A stretch of DNA of 31,381 nucleotides from a virus. Lineage: Duplodnaviria > Caudoviricetes. Shown here piece after piece: positions 19,088 through 26,993 of this stretch; positions within the stretch are counted from its first letter, which is position 1; every line of letters starts with the position of its first letter. The position numbers and the translations under genes are program-made. Location of the stretch: IMG/VR virus record IMGVR_UViG_3300005836_000061, positions 1-31,381 of that record, one strand, 5' to 3'. The notes beneath the pieces are model-generated. The model did not search any database, was not told the DNA's origin, and saw only the letters and a list, made by a program, of their open reading frames with translations.

Positions 19088-21015
19088 GACAGGTAGGACA
19101 ATCATTAGGTAAGACTGGGCGTGATGCGGACCGGGCACTTAAAAAAGTATTCCCTATAAAACCACGCTTAGAGCGCGTTAGGGACGTGTTTGATTCTACA
19201 GTTCAATTTGAAATGGAATTTGTAAAAGAAGATAACGATAAGCGGGTGTTGCTAGACCTTTTTTTCAATCTTCCCCCACCGCTTAGGGGGTGTAAAATAG
19301 GGTGTATCTACACAAGATGCGAAGAGTTCGATTTTGAAGCGGGTGGAAATCATTATGTTACTTTAGAGCATCCCTATAATGCGGGCTCAGTATCAGTTTA
19401 TTTGAATGGAGATAAACTCCCAGACACAGACGTTGTAGAATCGTCCCCTGAAAGTGGGGAAGTATTTTATCAGACCAGCAGCAGCGGTCCAGATATTGTA
19501 GTATTTTGTTACATATATGATACTTGTGGATTACCCGGACTATGCCCACAGTTTAAACCTAGCTTTACAGGGGGCACATTGTTATTTAGTGATAAGTTTG
19601 ATAGACCAGAAGGTATAGAAACTTGGGGAGGTTTAGGATACTACTACTCAGGTGGGTATCCAACAACACCTATCTCTGTGCCAATAGGTACAATAGCACC
19701 TAATACTCTGGCACTAGATGCTTCAAGATACTATACATTTGAAGATATAAGGGCTACTGGCATAGTTTCAGAGATGATTTTAGCTTTTGATGCAAGAGAA
19801 TGGGTTAACATCCCTGACACATTTGCACAACATGCATCAACACTAGTTCTTTTTATGAACACTACACAAGAAACATCGCCAGTTACTACCCCTAGCTTAA
19901 CTATTAAAGTTGATGGCAGTGTTACATTAATTAGACATATACGGTATTTAACTACTCCTTATGTTTTTAATCTTGGTGATACTTGGCAGATTTTATCTCT
20001 TTCTCAGAGATTATATACTACACTAGATTTAAGACAAGAACTATTTATACGATTTTATTTTGATGGTGACATATACAGAGTTAAGATATGGCCACAAGAC
20101 CAAGATGAGCCTGTAGATTGGCTAGAGTTTGATATGGCTTTACCTTCACCAACGGCATTAAGAGATATTATAAATGCGTCAATTTTTCCTCCACAATCTT
20201 TTACAACCTCCAATATCCAATGGATTAAGCCCGATATTTGGGGGGGCCAAATGTCAACATTTGGGGGCGCTGACGGATTTCCAGTTCCGTTAAAGTCTAA
20301 TGGTGTTCTACAAGCGATAGAACATTGGGCGGGCCAAGTTTCAGGCGTGTATGGAAGCTGGGAGTACAGTGGTTTTAATCAGTCCGCTACGTGGTCTAGA
20401 CATGTCGCGCATAGTTATGCTGGATTTTTCTGGGATGATGACGTTGAGTCAGATACTATCGTAAATGGAACAACAAATGGACGAATGAGAGTGGGATATC
20501 CTACCTGTGCAGTAACCGCAGGTTGGAGTTCCTTTGACCCGTATGGTCCAGTTGAGCCTATATTTGTGGACCAACTTATTCCTGCGTGGGATACTTATTA
20601 TGGTAAAACTTTAGATATAAAAATCACCGGGGAAGTCCAATGGACAAGATGGAGAGAGACTTTAGCTACTCCCCCTCTAACGATTTTACTTCAAACATTT
20701 AATTATGGCCTTAATGGACCCCCCGGAACAGCGGGAGACTATTTTAGTGGGACAACCCAAGTATCTATATTAGCTAATTTTGAGGAATGGTATCCATTTG
20801 AACTGGTTATTCCAGCCACAGCCGATGGCTGGATACAGTGGGGGTGTCGCTTCCAAGAATCTCCTAAAACTATTGCGGAAGGATTAGCTGGATATACGGG
20901 TAGTTTCTTCTTTACATCTACATCAACTGCATCTATTAATTTTAGGAAAGTATGGACAGAGGCGGTTACTAAGCCCATTGGAGGGGCAAAACCTTTCTGC
21001 CCAGAGGAAGTTTAA
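19069..21015 (+). CDS. Tail-tip protein: ~150-aa adaptor module plus beta-rich putative receptor-binding domains
   Basis: Overlaps the Tal stop. The N-terminal ~150 aa are homologous to the next ORF. The FSDKFDR and RVKIWP...EPVDW motifs are typical of phage tail beta-sandwich domains. Confidence 0.6.
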   Translation: MASDSLRQVGQSLGKTGRDADRALKKVFPIKPRLERVRDVFDSTVQFEMEFVKEDNDKRVLLDLFFNLPPPLRGCKIGCIYTRCEEFDFEAGGNHYVTLEHPYNAGSVSVYLNGDKLPDTDVVESSPESGEVFYQTSSSGPDIVVFCYIYDTCGLPGLCPQFKPSFTGGTLLFSDKFDRPEGIETWGGLGYYYSGGYPTTPISVPIGTIAPNTLALDASRYYTFEDIRATGIVSEMILAFDAREWVNIPDTFAQHASTLVLFMNTTQETSPVTTPSLTIKVDGSVTLIRHIRYLTTPYVFNLGDTWQILSLSQRLYTTLDLRQELFIRFYFDGDIYRVKIWPQDQDEPVDWLEFDMALPSPTALRDIINASIFPPQSFTTSNIQWIKPDIWGGQMSTFGGADGFPVPLKSNGVLQAIEHWAGQVSGVYGSWEYSGFNQSATWSRHVAHSYAGFFWDDDVESDTIVNGTTNGRMRVGYPTCAVTAGWSSFDPYGPVEPIFVDQLIPAWDTYYGKTLDIKITGEVQWTRWRETLATPPLTILLQTFNYGLNGPPGTAGDYFSGTTQVSILANFEEWYPFELVIPATADGWIQWGCRFQESPKTIAEGLAGYTGSFFFTSTSTASINFRKVWTEAVTKPIGGAKPFCPEEV

Positions 21016-21453
21016 ATGGATAATGTTAATCAATTAGGAAAAAATCTAGGGAAGAATAAGAAGACTGCTGATAGGGCAGTTAAAAAGTCCGGACCAATAG
21101 TACCTCAAATTGAGCGTGTAAGAGATACGATGGATTTTGAGATACCCTTTGAAATGGAGTTTCATGTACAAAAAGTAGGACCAATCCTGCTCTCTCTTAC
21201 ATTTTATCCACCACCAAAGACAGGGTGCTGCGCAGATTGTTTTTGTTCTGTTTGCGAATTCTTTAGTAATGGAATTACAGAAACAGAATATCAAGTTACA
21301 TATGGGTATGTTCCCGGAACTGTTCATGTGTTTAAAAATAATATAGAGATAGTAGAATTTGTTGAAACTGATGCATCCCAAGGATTAGTCACAGTTTGGG
21401 CGCATAATGATGATGATATTACTATATGTTACGTATATAAGATTTGTTTATAG
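21016..21453 (+). CDS. Bare paralogue of the adaptor module of 19069..21015
   Basis: Shared LGK...ADRA(L/V)KK..P..P..ERVRD..D....FEMEF...LL.L.F..PPP..GC...C....CE.F.....Y..G.V.V..N.......CY.Y..C. Confidence 0.7.
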   Translation: MDNVNQLGKNLGKNKKTADRAVKKSGPIVPQIERVRDTMDFEIPFEMEFHVQKVGPILLSLTFYPPPKTGCCADCFCSVCEFFSNGITETEYQVTYGYVPGTVHVFKNNIEIVEFVETDASQGLVTVWAHNDDDITICYVYKICL

Positions 21454-21462
21454 GAGGCATTT

Positions 21463-21687
21463 ATGGCAACACCACCCTCATTCCCGGAAAACTGCAGGGT
21501 TTTTATTGATGGCATTGATTGCACATACTGGCTATTTGGTAAAGAAACAATAACACCTACAGAATTAGACCATCGGTGGCACGATGTTGATATATCTTTG
21601 TATGTTAAAGGACCCGGATTGCATAAGTTACAAATAACTGCTGAGTCTGGCGTAGGTAGAGTAGACGCAAGAGTGGCGCTTTCATAA
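21463..21687 (+). CDS. Small beta-rich tail-tip protein
   Basis: SD AGGAGG. The pattern RVFIDG...DVDISLYV..PGLHKLQIT...GRVDA resembles the C-terminal half-sandwich of phage tail-tip proteins. Confidence 0.55.
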   Translation: MATPPSFPENCRVFIDGIDCTYWLFGKETITPTELDHRWHDVDISLYVKGPGLHKLQITAESGVGRVDARVALS

Positions 21688-21698
21688 GGAGAAGGAAT

Positions 21699-21956
21699 AT
21701 GTTATTGCAAGAACGCAGTGCAGCTAGACGCGCAAAATGGGAAATATTCAAAACAGATAATTTAATTGAAGTTATTAAAAAAGCAGCGGAACTTGGTTGG
21801 GCAGATAAGAAAGTACAAGTGCGGGGCATTCAAACTGGCTCTGTGACATGGGAATATAGTATCGAACCCTTTGAAAAAGACTGCAATTGTCCCAGTATTC
21901 TAAAATATGCCGATTATAAAAGGGTAGAAGAAACTTTACCTTTGGTTAGAGAGTAG
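21699..21956 (+). CDS. Small hypothetical protein, paralogue A (CxC motif)
   Basis: SD AAGGAGAAGGA; KA.ELGW.DKKVQVR...YSIEPFEKDCNCPSILKY. Confidence 0.7.
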   Translation: MLLQERSAARRAKWEIFKTDNLIEVIKKAAELGWADKKVQVRGIQTGSVTWEYSIEPFEKDCNCPSILKYADYKRVEETLPLVRE

Positions 21957-21962
21957 AGTATA

Positions 21963-22160
21963 ATGGGGTATGAATATTTTACCTCCACTAACTTTGAATT
22001 AACAACACAAAAAGCAAAAGAAATGGGATGGAAGGATAGGAAGGTACAGGTAAGGGTAGAATTTGAGGGGCAGGTAGCACATTATTATATTGAGCCCTTT
22101 GAAAGAGACTGTTCTTGTCCAAATATTCTTAACTATATTAAAATATTTGGAGACAATTGA
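21963..22160 (+). CDS. Small hypothetical protein, paralogue B (CxC motif)
   Basis: KA.EMGW.DRKVQVR...YYIEPFERDCSCPNILNY, clearly homologous to the preceding ORF. Confidence 0.7.
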   Translation: MGYEYFTSTNFELTTQKAKEMGWKDRKVQVRVEFEGQVAHYYIEPFERDCSCPNILNYIKIFGDN

Positions 22161-23341
22161 TGGCTAAAATCTTTTTCGTGGGAGACTCTCCCACAGTAGA
22201 TACCGGGTTTGGGGTAGTAAGCAAAAATCTACTTACACGATGGCATGATATGGGCCATGAAATAGTAGTTCTAGGAATAAATGAGTACAATGATGACCCA
22301 CGGTCCGTACAAAAATTTCCATTTACCATTTATCCCTGTGAGAAGGGTAGTCCAGAACATATTTATGGAATGCATAAGGTTTGGTCCATTGCACAGATTG
22401 AAAACCCAGATATTATGTTCTTTCTAAACGACCCGTGGCTTATAAAGAGTTATATAGATTTGAAGCCAGAAGGTATTTTACCTTATACTAAATTTATAGG
22501 ATATTACCCTACTGATGCTGCCCCTTTAAAACCAGAGTGGCATAAAACATTAAATGGTTTAGATGCTCAGGTTGTATACTCTAAATATGGCGAAGATGTT
22601 GTTACTAAATCTAATGGAAGTAGGCCAGATAATCTTCATCAGATTTATCATGGGGTCGATACCAAGGTATTTTTCCCTGTTAACACACAAATTGCGCGCC
22701 AAAAACTAGGACTTCCTATCGACTCATTTATCGTTGGAATGATAGCACGTAATCAGCCAAGGAAACGATTTGATTTACTCATGATGGCTTTTGCTGAATT
22801 TGCAAAAGATAAAGAAAATGTTAAACTCTATTTACATACTGGGCTACACGATGTTGGTTTTGATATTTTAAATATCGCACACCAATTAAGTATCTCTGAT
22901 AAACTTATCCTAACTGAAAATCTTGCTCCCAACAAAGGAGTATCACCAGAAAGATTAAATCTTATTCATAATTCATTTAATGTTAATGCTCTTATTAGTT
23001 TAGGGGACGGTTTTGGACTTCCTGTAGCAGAGTCAATGGCGTGCGGATGCCCTCAACTAGTAAGTGGGCACTCAGCCCTGCAAGAACTGGTAGAAGGGCA
23101 CGGCGGATTGACCGTAAAAAATGCGGCATGGATTCTGAATCCGGGCGGAATTAATACGTGGGGCGGCGTATCTGATGTAATAGATATGGCAGAGAAAATG
23201 AATATACTTTACAATAACAATGAATTATGTGTTAAACTAGGGGAAGAAGGTTATATGTTTATAACCCAAGAAAAATTTACATGGAAATTTGCAGCCCTAG
23301 AATTTGCCAGTATTTTTAAAAATTTAATGCACTTACTATAG
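22157..23341 (+). CDS. Glycosyltransferase, GT-B fold, GT4 family
   Basis: KIFFVGDSP...TGFG, IYHGVDTKVFFP, VGMIARNQPRKRFD and SLGDGFGLPVAESMACGCP (variant of the ExFGxxxxE motif). The ATG at 22160 is an alternative start. Confidence 0.92.
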   Translation: MMAKIFFVGDSPTVDTGFGVVSKNLLTRWHDMGHEIVVLGINEYNDDPRSVQKFPFTIYPCEKGSPEHIYGMHKVWSIAQIENPDIMFFLNDPWLIKSYIDLKPEGILPYTKFIGYYPTDAAPLKPEWHKTLNGLDAQVVYSKYGEDVVTKSNGSRPDNLHQIYHGVDTKVFFPVNTQIARQKLGLPIDSFIVGMIARNQPRKRFDLLMMAFAEFAKDKENVKLYLHTGLHDVGFDILNIAHQLSISDKLILTENLAPNKGVSPERLNLIHNSFNVNALISLGDGFGLPVAESMACGCPQLVSGHSALQELVEGHGGLTVKNAAWILNPGGINTWGGVSDVIDMAEKMNILYNNNELCVKLGEEGYMFITQEKFTWKFAALEFASIFKNLMHLL

Positions 23342-23350
23342 GACGGTATT

Positions 23351-24133
23351 ATGACACCAACACCAGATTCTCCAACACTAGCAGTGCCTAGAATTACAAA
23401 AGCAAAGTTTAAATCGCTGTTAAAAACAAAAAATTCTCCTGCTGTACCTGAGTCTGACGCAGTATATGATATCTTAGTAGCACAAGGAGTAGATGTTTCA
23501 TTTGCTCTGGCTCAGTTTCGTGTTGAATCTCAGTATGGCACTGCCGGGTACGCAAAAACTACCGGCTCATGGGGAAACATGCTTCACGACCCTAACTTAA
23601 CAACGCATGAAAATGGTACATATTCTCCCGGAAATGGTTATACTTATGCTACATACGCAAATTATGTAGATGCAATCACAGATTATTGTACATATATTCA
23701 TTGGTATAAGGACCAGTATGATTTTGATACTATTTATGAGGCTACTGCACGATGGATTGGTAAATCTCCCGGCTCGTCGGGACACGTAAGTTACGTTACA
23801 AATATTATAAATGATATGATAGCATATGAATATCCTAGCGGCGGATATGAGAGTGGAGATGAAATGATTTATTTTGGACCAGCACTAGACAGAGCGACAG
23901 GACATATTGTACTTAAATACCCAGTATCTAATGGACTTCAGTTATATCGGGGGGCAGATGATGCATATCCTCTGAAGAAGTATTCAGGATTGCCGGGAAA
24001 GGCGTGGTGGATTGGATTCGTAAATGGGGGCACACAATGGGGTGCAATAGTAATTGGTACAACTGCAGCAGATGCAGATGCTACTATTGTGTACATTAAG
24101 AATCCGGACCCTAGTAAGATAGTAAAGATATAA
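23351..24133 (+). CDS. Endolysin, lysozyme-like (GH73/glucosaminidase-type) catalytic domain plus C-terminal domain
   Basis: FALAQFRVESQYGTAG (catalytic Glu motif), YATYANYVDAITDY, and a position in the lysis block near the holin. Confidence 0.75.
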   Translation: MTPTPDSPTLAVPRITKAKFKSLLKTKNSPAVPESDAVYDILVAQGVDVSFALAQFRVESQYGTAGYAKTTGSWGNMLHDPNLTTHENGTYSPGNGYTYATYANYVDAITDYCTYIHWYKDQYDFDTIYEATARWIGKSPGSSGHVSYVTNIINDMIAYEYPSGGYESGDEMIYFGPALDRATGHIVLKYPVSNGLQLYRGADDAYPLKKYSGLPGKAWWIGFVNGGTQWGAIVIGTTAADADATIVYIKNPDPSKIVKI

Positions 24134-24142
24134 GGAGTAGAC

Positions 24143-24799
24143 ATGGCATTACCGCACTCTAAGAACATATTTGATTACCCAGCTAGATTTCAGTTTGGGC
24201 AAGCAGGAGCGCCGTGCGGGGGAAGTTCTTGCTGCACAGATACAGTTATACAGATGATAGTTGAGTTTTATAAAGAGAAAACGTATAGTTTATCTTATAT
24301 TAGAAAAGTAGCTCAATCAGAAACAAGTTACAATGAGGCTCCATGCACAGGAATTAATTCTGTAGAGGTTGGAGTTGCCCTCAGAAAATTAGGAGTAACA
24401 CATTATAAAGTTGCAAATGGAGTAGACCACTTATTTGTAGCCAAAAAAATTGAGACAGGACCAGTACTAGTCGGAATACATTACGGTTCCTATCCATCAG
24501 CTTATAATAAATGTCACTCAGGAAGACACGGGGCAGAATATCATGGTAAAACAGACTGTGGATTTAGAGGCACTCATGCGGTGCTGGCAATAGGAAAGAG
24601 GGCACATAGAGACGTTGCGGGTAAATATCTTCATACAGATATCTATACTCGTGACCCTGACCATAACTCAGCCAGCAGACAAGAGAAGCCAAATTTTGAC
24701 AGAATCAGACTCTCTGACTTGGCATTAGCAATGAAAAATTTGCCTAAATATACAGCATTTAAAAACACCTATTGTATTTATCCTACACAGAAAAAATAA
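24143..24799 (+). CDS. Papain-like (C39-type) cysteine peptidase, putative second lysin
   Basis: Q...SSCCTDTVIQMI (catalytic Cys at a helix start), GPVLVGI, THAVLAIG (His) and YTRDPD (Asp). Confidence 0.7.
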   Translation: MALPHSKNIFDYPARFQFGQAGAPCGGSSCCTDTVIQMIVEFYKEKTYSLSYIRKVAQSETSYNEAPCTGINSVEVGVALRKLGVTHYKVANGVDHLFVAKKIETGPVLVGIHYGSYPSAYNKCHSGRHGAEYHGKTDCGFRGTHAVLAIGKRAHRDVAGKYLHTDIYTRDPDHNSASRQEKPNFDRIRLSDLALAMKNLPKYTAFKNTYCIYPTQKK

Positions 24800-24808
24800 G
24801 GAGATAAA

Positions 24809-25012
24809 ATGACAGACCCAATTCCTACTCTAGAAGAGGGGGAAATAGACCCGGATTCAATTGTTGGGGGTACCGAAGTCCCAGAAGATGATGAACCCTT
24901 TGAGGGAATAGAAGATATGGATGATGAAAGTGCAGACGCAGGAGATGTGGACCACCTTGCGGGTGCTAATGATGATGAAAATCCATCTAGTGACCTCCCA
25001 AGTGGAGAGTAA
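24809..25012 (+). CDS. Highly acidic 67-aa peptide
   Basis: Good SD (AAGGAGA); 25 D/E residues and no K/R. Confidence 0.6.
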   Translation: MTDPIPTLEEGEIDPDSIVGGTEVPEDDEPFEGIEDMDDESADAGDVDHLAGANDDENPSSDLPSGE

Positions 25013-25015
25013 AAC

Positions 25016-25045
25016 TTGACTTATTCTAAGCCTGATAGGTAATCT
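25016..25045 (+). promoter_or_regulatory. Putative sigma70-type promoter upstream of the holin
   Basis: TTGACT (25016), 18-bp spacer, TAATCT (25040); same layout as the site at 25513. Confidence 0.45.
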
Positions 25046-25093
25046 AACAGTAGTCCTGATAACAGGAAAAATAAATAAGAAGGGAGGTAGAAA

Positions 25094-25450
25094 ATGAATA
25101 TAGATTTAACGGCAATTACATTAGTGCAAGCATTCGGCTTGCTCGCAATTGTAGCCTTGCTCGATGTAGGCGCTGCTTATGCTTTATCTGTCAGTCACGG
25201 AGACTTTGACCTTGGAGCAGTAGGAGTATGGATTCAAAGCCACGTATTAAAGCGTGTCTTCCCAATCTTTTCACTTGCTGTGCTTGGGCACGGAGTAGCA
25301 CAACTTAATATTCCAGCAATTGAGCCCGCGTGGGCACTGGGTATTGTTGCACTTACAGCTTACGTATTAGAAACTGTTGCCAGTATTCAGCGGTCATTCA
25401 GTGACACTGAATCACCAGCAGATACATCACCAGTTACACCAGTCGCTTAA
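25094..25450 (+). CDS. Holin-like membrane protein
   Basis: SD GGGAGG; 118 aa with about three hydrophobic segments and a polar C-terminal tail; last gene of the lysis block. Confidence 0.65.
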   Translation: MNIDLTAITLVQAFGLLAIVALLDVGAAYALSVSHGDFDLGAVGVWIQSHVLKRVFPIFSLAVLGHGVAQLNIPAIEPAWALGIVALTAYVLETVASIQRSFSDTESPADTSPVTPVA

Positions 25451-25467
25451 TAACGGAAGCAATCCAC

Positions 25468-25508
25468 ATGGGAGATGCAAGAAATTGTGTCTCCCATTTT
25501 TTTATTTT
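25468..25508 (+). terminator. Rho-independent terminator ending the late/lysis unit
   Basis: Stem ATGGGAGATGCAA / TTGTGTCTCCCAT with a GAAA loop, then TTTTTTATTTT. Confidence 0.88.
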
Positions 25509-25512
25509 AGAT

Positions 25513-25542
25513 TTGACTTCTGGGTACCTAGAAGGGTATTAT
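25513..25542 (+). promoter_or_regulatory. Putative promoter of the replication operon with a palindromic operator-like spacer
   Basis: TTGACT (25513), 18-bp spacer, TATTAT (25537). CTTCTGGGTACCTAGAAG (25517-25534) is an 18-bp palindrome with one mismatched pair. Confidence 0.6.
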
Positions 25543-25641
25543 TAGGGTATCCCACTTGGGAGAATAAAAGTAGGAGGGCAGCATAGATAATATCCCATTA
25601 ATGCCAATGACCATTTGTCCATATGTACGGAGGAATTTTAG

Positions 25642-26409
25642 ATGCCATTAAGTCCAGAGCGTGAAACACGAAGTTATGATGATACACAAAAACGAACAGG
25701 TGTAGACTATATTAAGTTTACTACCGACTACAGAACAGTTATTAGAATACTACAGCCGGAAGTTAGAACCGTGTGGAAGCATTTTATTCCACAGGCAAAC
25801 AGTGGCAAGGGCTCTAGCGCGGTGTGCCCTAATGTTGCTCCGGGTATGAGTGTATGCCCTATCGAGCAAAGCGTGGCGCATCTTCCAAAAGATAACGAGG
25901 AACGAAAAGCTGTTACAGCACGTAAAAGATTTGTTATCAATGTCCTAGATAGAACACCACACACAATCTGCCAATCTTGTAACACACAAACTCCCGGTAA
26001 GACTGTTGCGTCTGCTACAGGTAAGTTTTGTGCTAATTGCGGAGCATCCCTAAAGGGCCGTGATTTTGCACCTTTGAATAAGGTTAAGATTTTAGAGCAG
26101 GGTCCAAATCTTTTCAATAAGCAGCTAAATGTTATTGAAAAAATTCAACTAGAAGAAATCAATAAGCCTATTACAGACTATGATATTACTATCACAGCAC
26201 AGGGCCAAGGTAGAGATAGAGTTTTGACGGCTATGCCACAGGACCCTAAAGAAATCACAGATGAAGAGTTATTAGACTCTGAAACTGGGGAACCACAACA
26301 GTTATGGGACCTAGAGTTACTGGCAGAGCCGGAGAGTTCGGAAGTAATTTCTTTAATGATGCAGGGCGCTTCATTTGAGCAAATAGCCGCAGTTAAGGGA
26401 CTAGAATAA
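25642..26409 (+). CDS. Single-stranded DNA-binding protein, T4 gp32-like, with a Zn-ribbon insertion
   Basis: SD GGAGG; VIRIL...WKHFI...CP...CPI...RFVINVLDR...VKILE.G..LF...YDITIT..G.G pattern; acidic C-terminal region; upstream of the helicase. Confidence 0.7.
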   Translation: MPLSPERETRSYDDTQKRTGVDYIKFTTDYRTVIRILQPEVRTVWKHFIPQANSGKGSSAVCPNVAPGMSVCPIEQSVAHLPKDNEERKAVTARKRFVINVLDRTPHTICQSCNTQTPGKTVASATGKFCANCGASLKGRDFAPLNKVKILEQGPNLFNKQLNVIEKIQLEEINKPITDYDITITAQGQGRDRVLTAMPQDPKEITDEELLDSETGEPQQLWDLELLAEPESSEVISLMMQGASFEQIAAVKGLE

Positions 26410-26419
26410 GAGGAATTAA

Positions 26420-26800
26420 GTGAGTAAACCATCAGGAATTGACTGGCTTACCATCACCAAAACCGAAGGAAAGGCGGGCTGGGAAAGATTTTACAAAGTC
26501 TATCTTGGCTCGCCTATTTCTCAATCTAAAAGATTTTTTGATGCTGTAGACCGGCTTGGACATGAGATTGTATTTGAAGCAGTTGTAGCTGCAAGTTTTA
26601 GAACATTAGATGGGGACCCATTGAATTATGTTCTAGCTGTTGCATTATCTAAATTCAACGATGAAATTCAAGGAATTGGAGAGGCAGATAGATATAAATT
26701 TAATCTAGAAAAAGCAAAACAAAGAGTCTCATTACAAAACGAAGAACTAGAAAGAAAATTAGAGAAAGCAAGGGAGATTAGACGTGGCATTACTCGATAA
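26420..26800 (+). CDS. Hypothetical replication-associated protein (weak DnaD-like helical motif)
   Basis: GHEIVFEAV...PLNYVLAVA resembles the DnaD-type helical/YxxxI motif; lies between SSB and DnaB. Confidence 0.4.
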   Translation: MSKPSGIDWLTITKTEGKAGWERFYKVYLGSPISQSKRFFDAVDRLGHEIVFEAVVAASFRTLDGDPLNYVLAVALSKFNDEIQGIGEADRYKFNLEKAKQRVSLQNEELERKLEKAREIRRGITR

Positions 26801-26993
26801 AAATGGAAATATAGAAGGTGTAACGATATTTTACGATATAGATGGAGCAGTTTATCCGGCGACCGGCTGGACAGTTAGTGGGAATAAGTTTGTAATTTAC
26901 TTGGAAAGTACAGAAGTTACATTTACAGAACAGGCTGTTTACAACATTTTAAATGCAATACGAACCTCTCCTGAGTATCATGTGGAGGCTTAA
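26784..26993 (+). CDS. Hypothetical protein
   Basis: GTG start with SD GGGAG; its stop overlaps the helicase ATG (TAATG). Confidence 0.55.
   Translation: MALLDKNGNIEGVTIFYDIDGAVYPATGWTVSGNKFVIYLESTEVTFTEQAVYNILNAIRTSPEYHVEA

Noticed and set aside
16031-23353. Several TAG stops followed in frame by the next gene (16033, 21453, 21956, 23341), suggesting amber recoding
   Set aside because: Code 11 already gives dense, full-length genes. Most of these TAGs overlap the next SD (TAGGAGG, TAGGAC, TAGGGG), which explains the 9-nt gaps, and the 16033 case hits an in-frame TGA.
25601-25651. 16-codon upstream ORF (MPMTICPYVRRNFRCH) overlapping the SSB start
   Set aside because: The nearest SD-like AGGAGG is over 20 nt upstream, and the ORF is too short to support without expression data.
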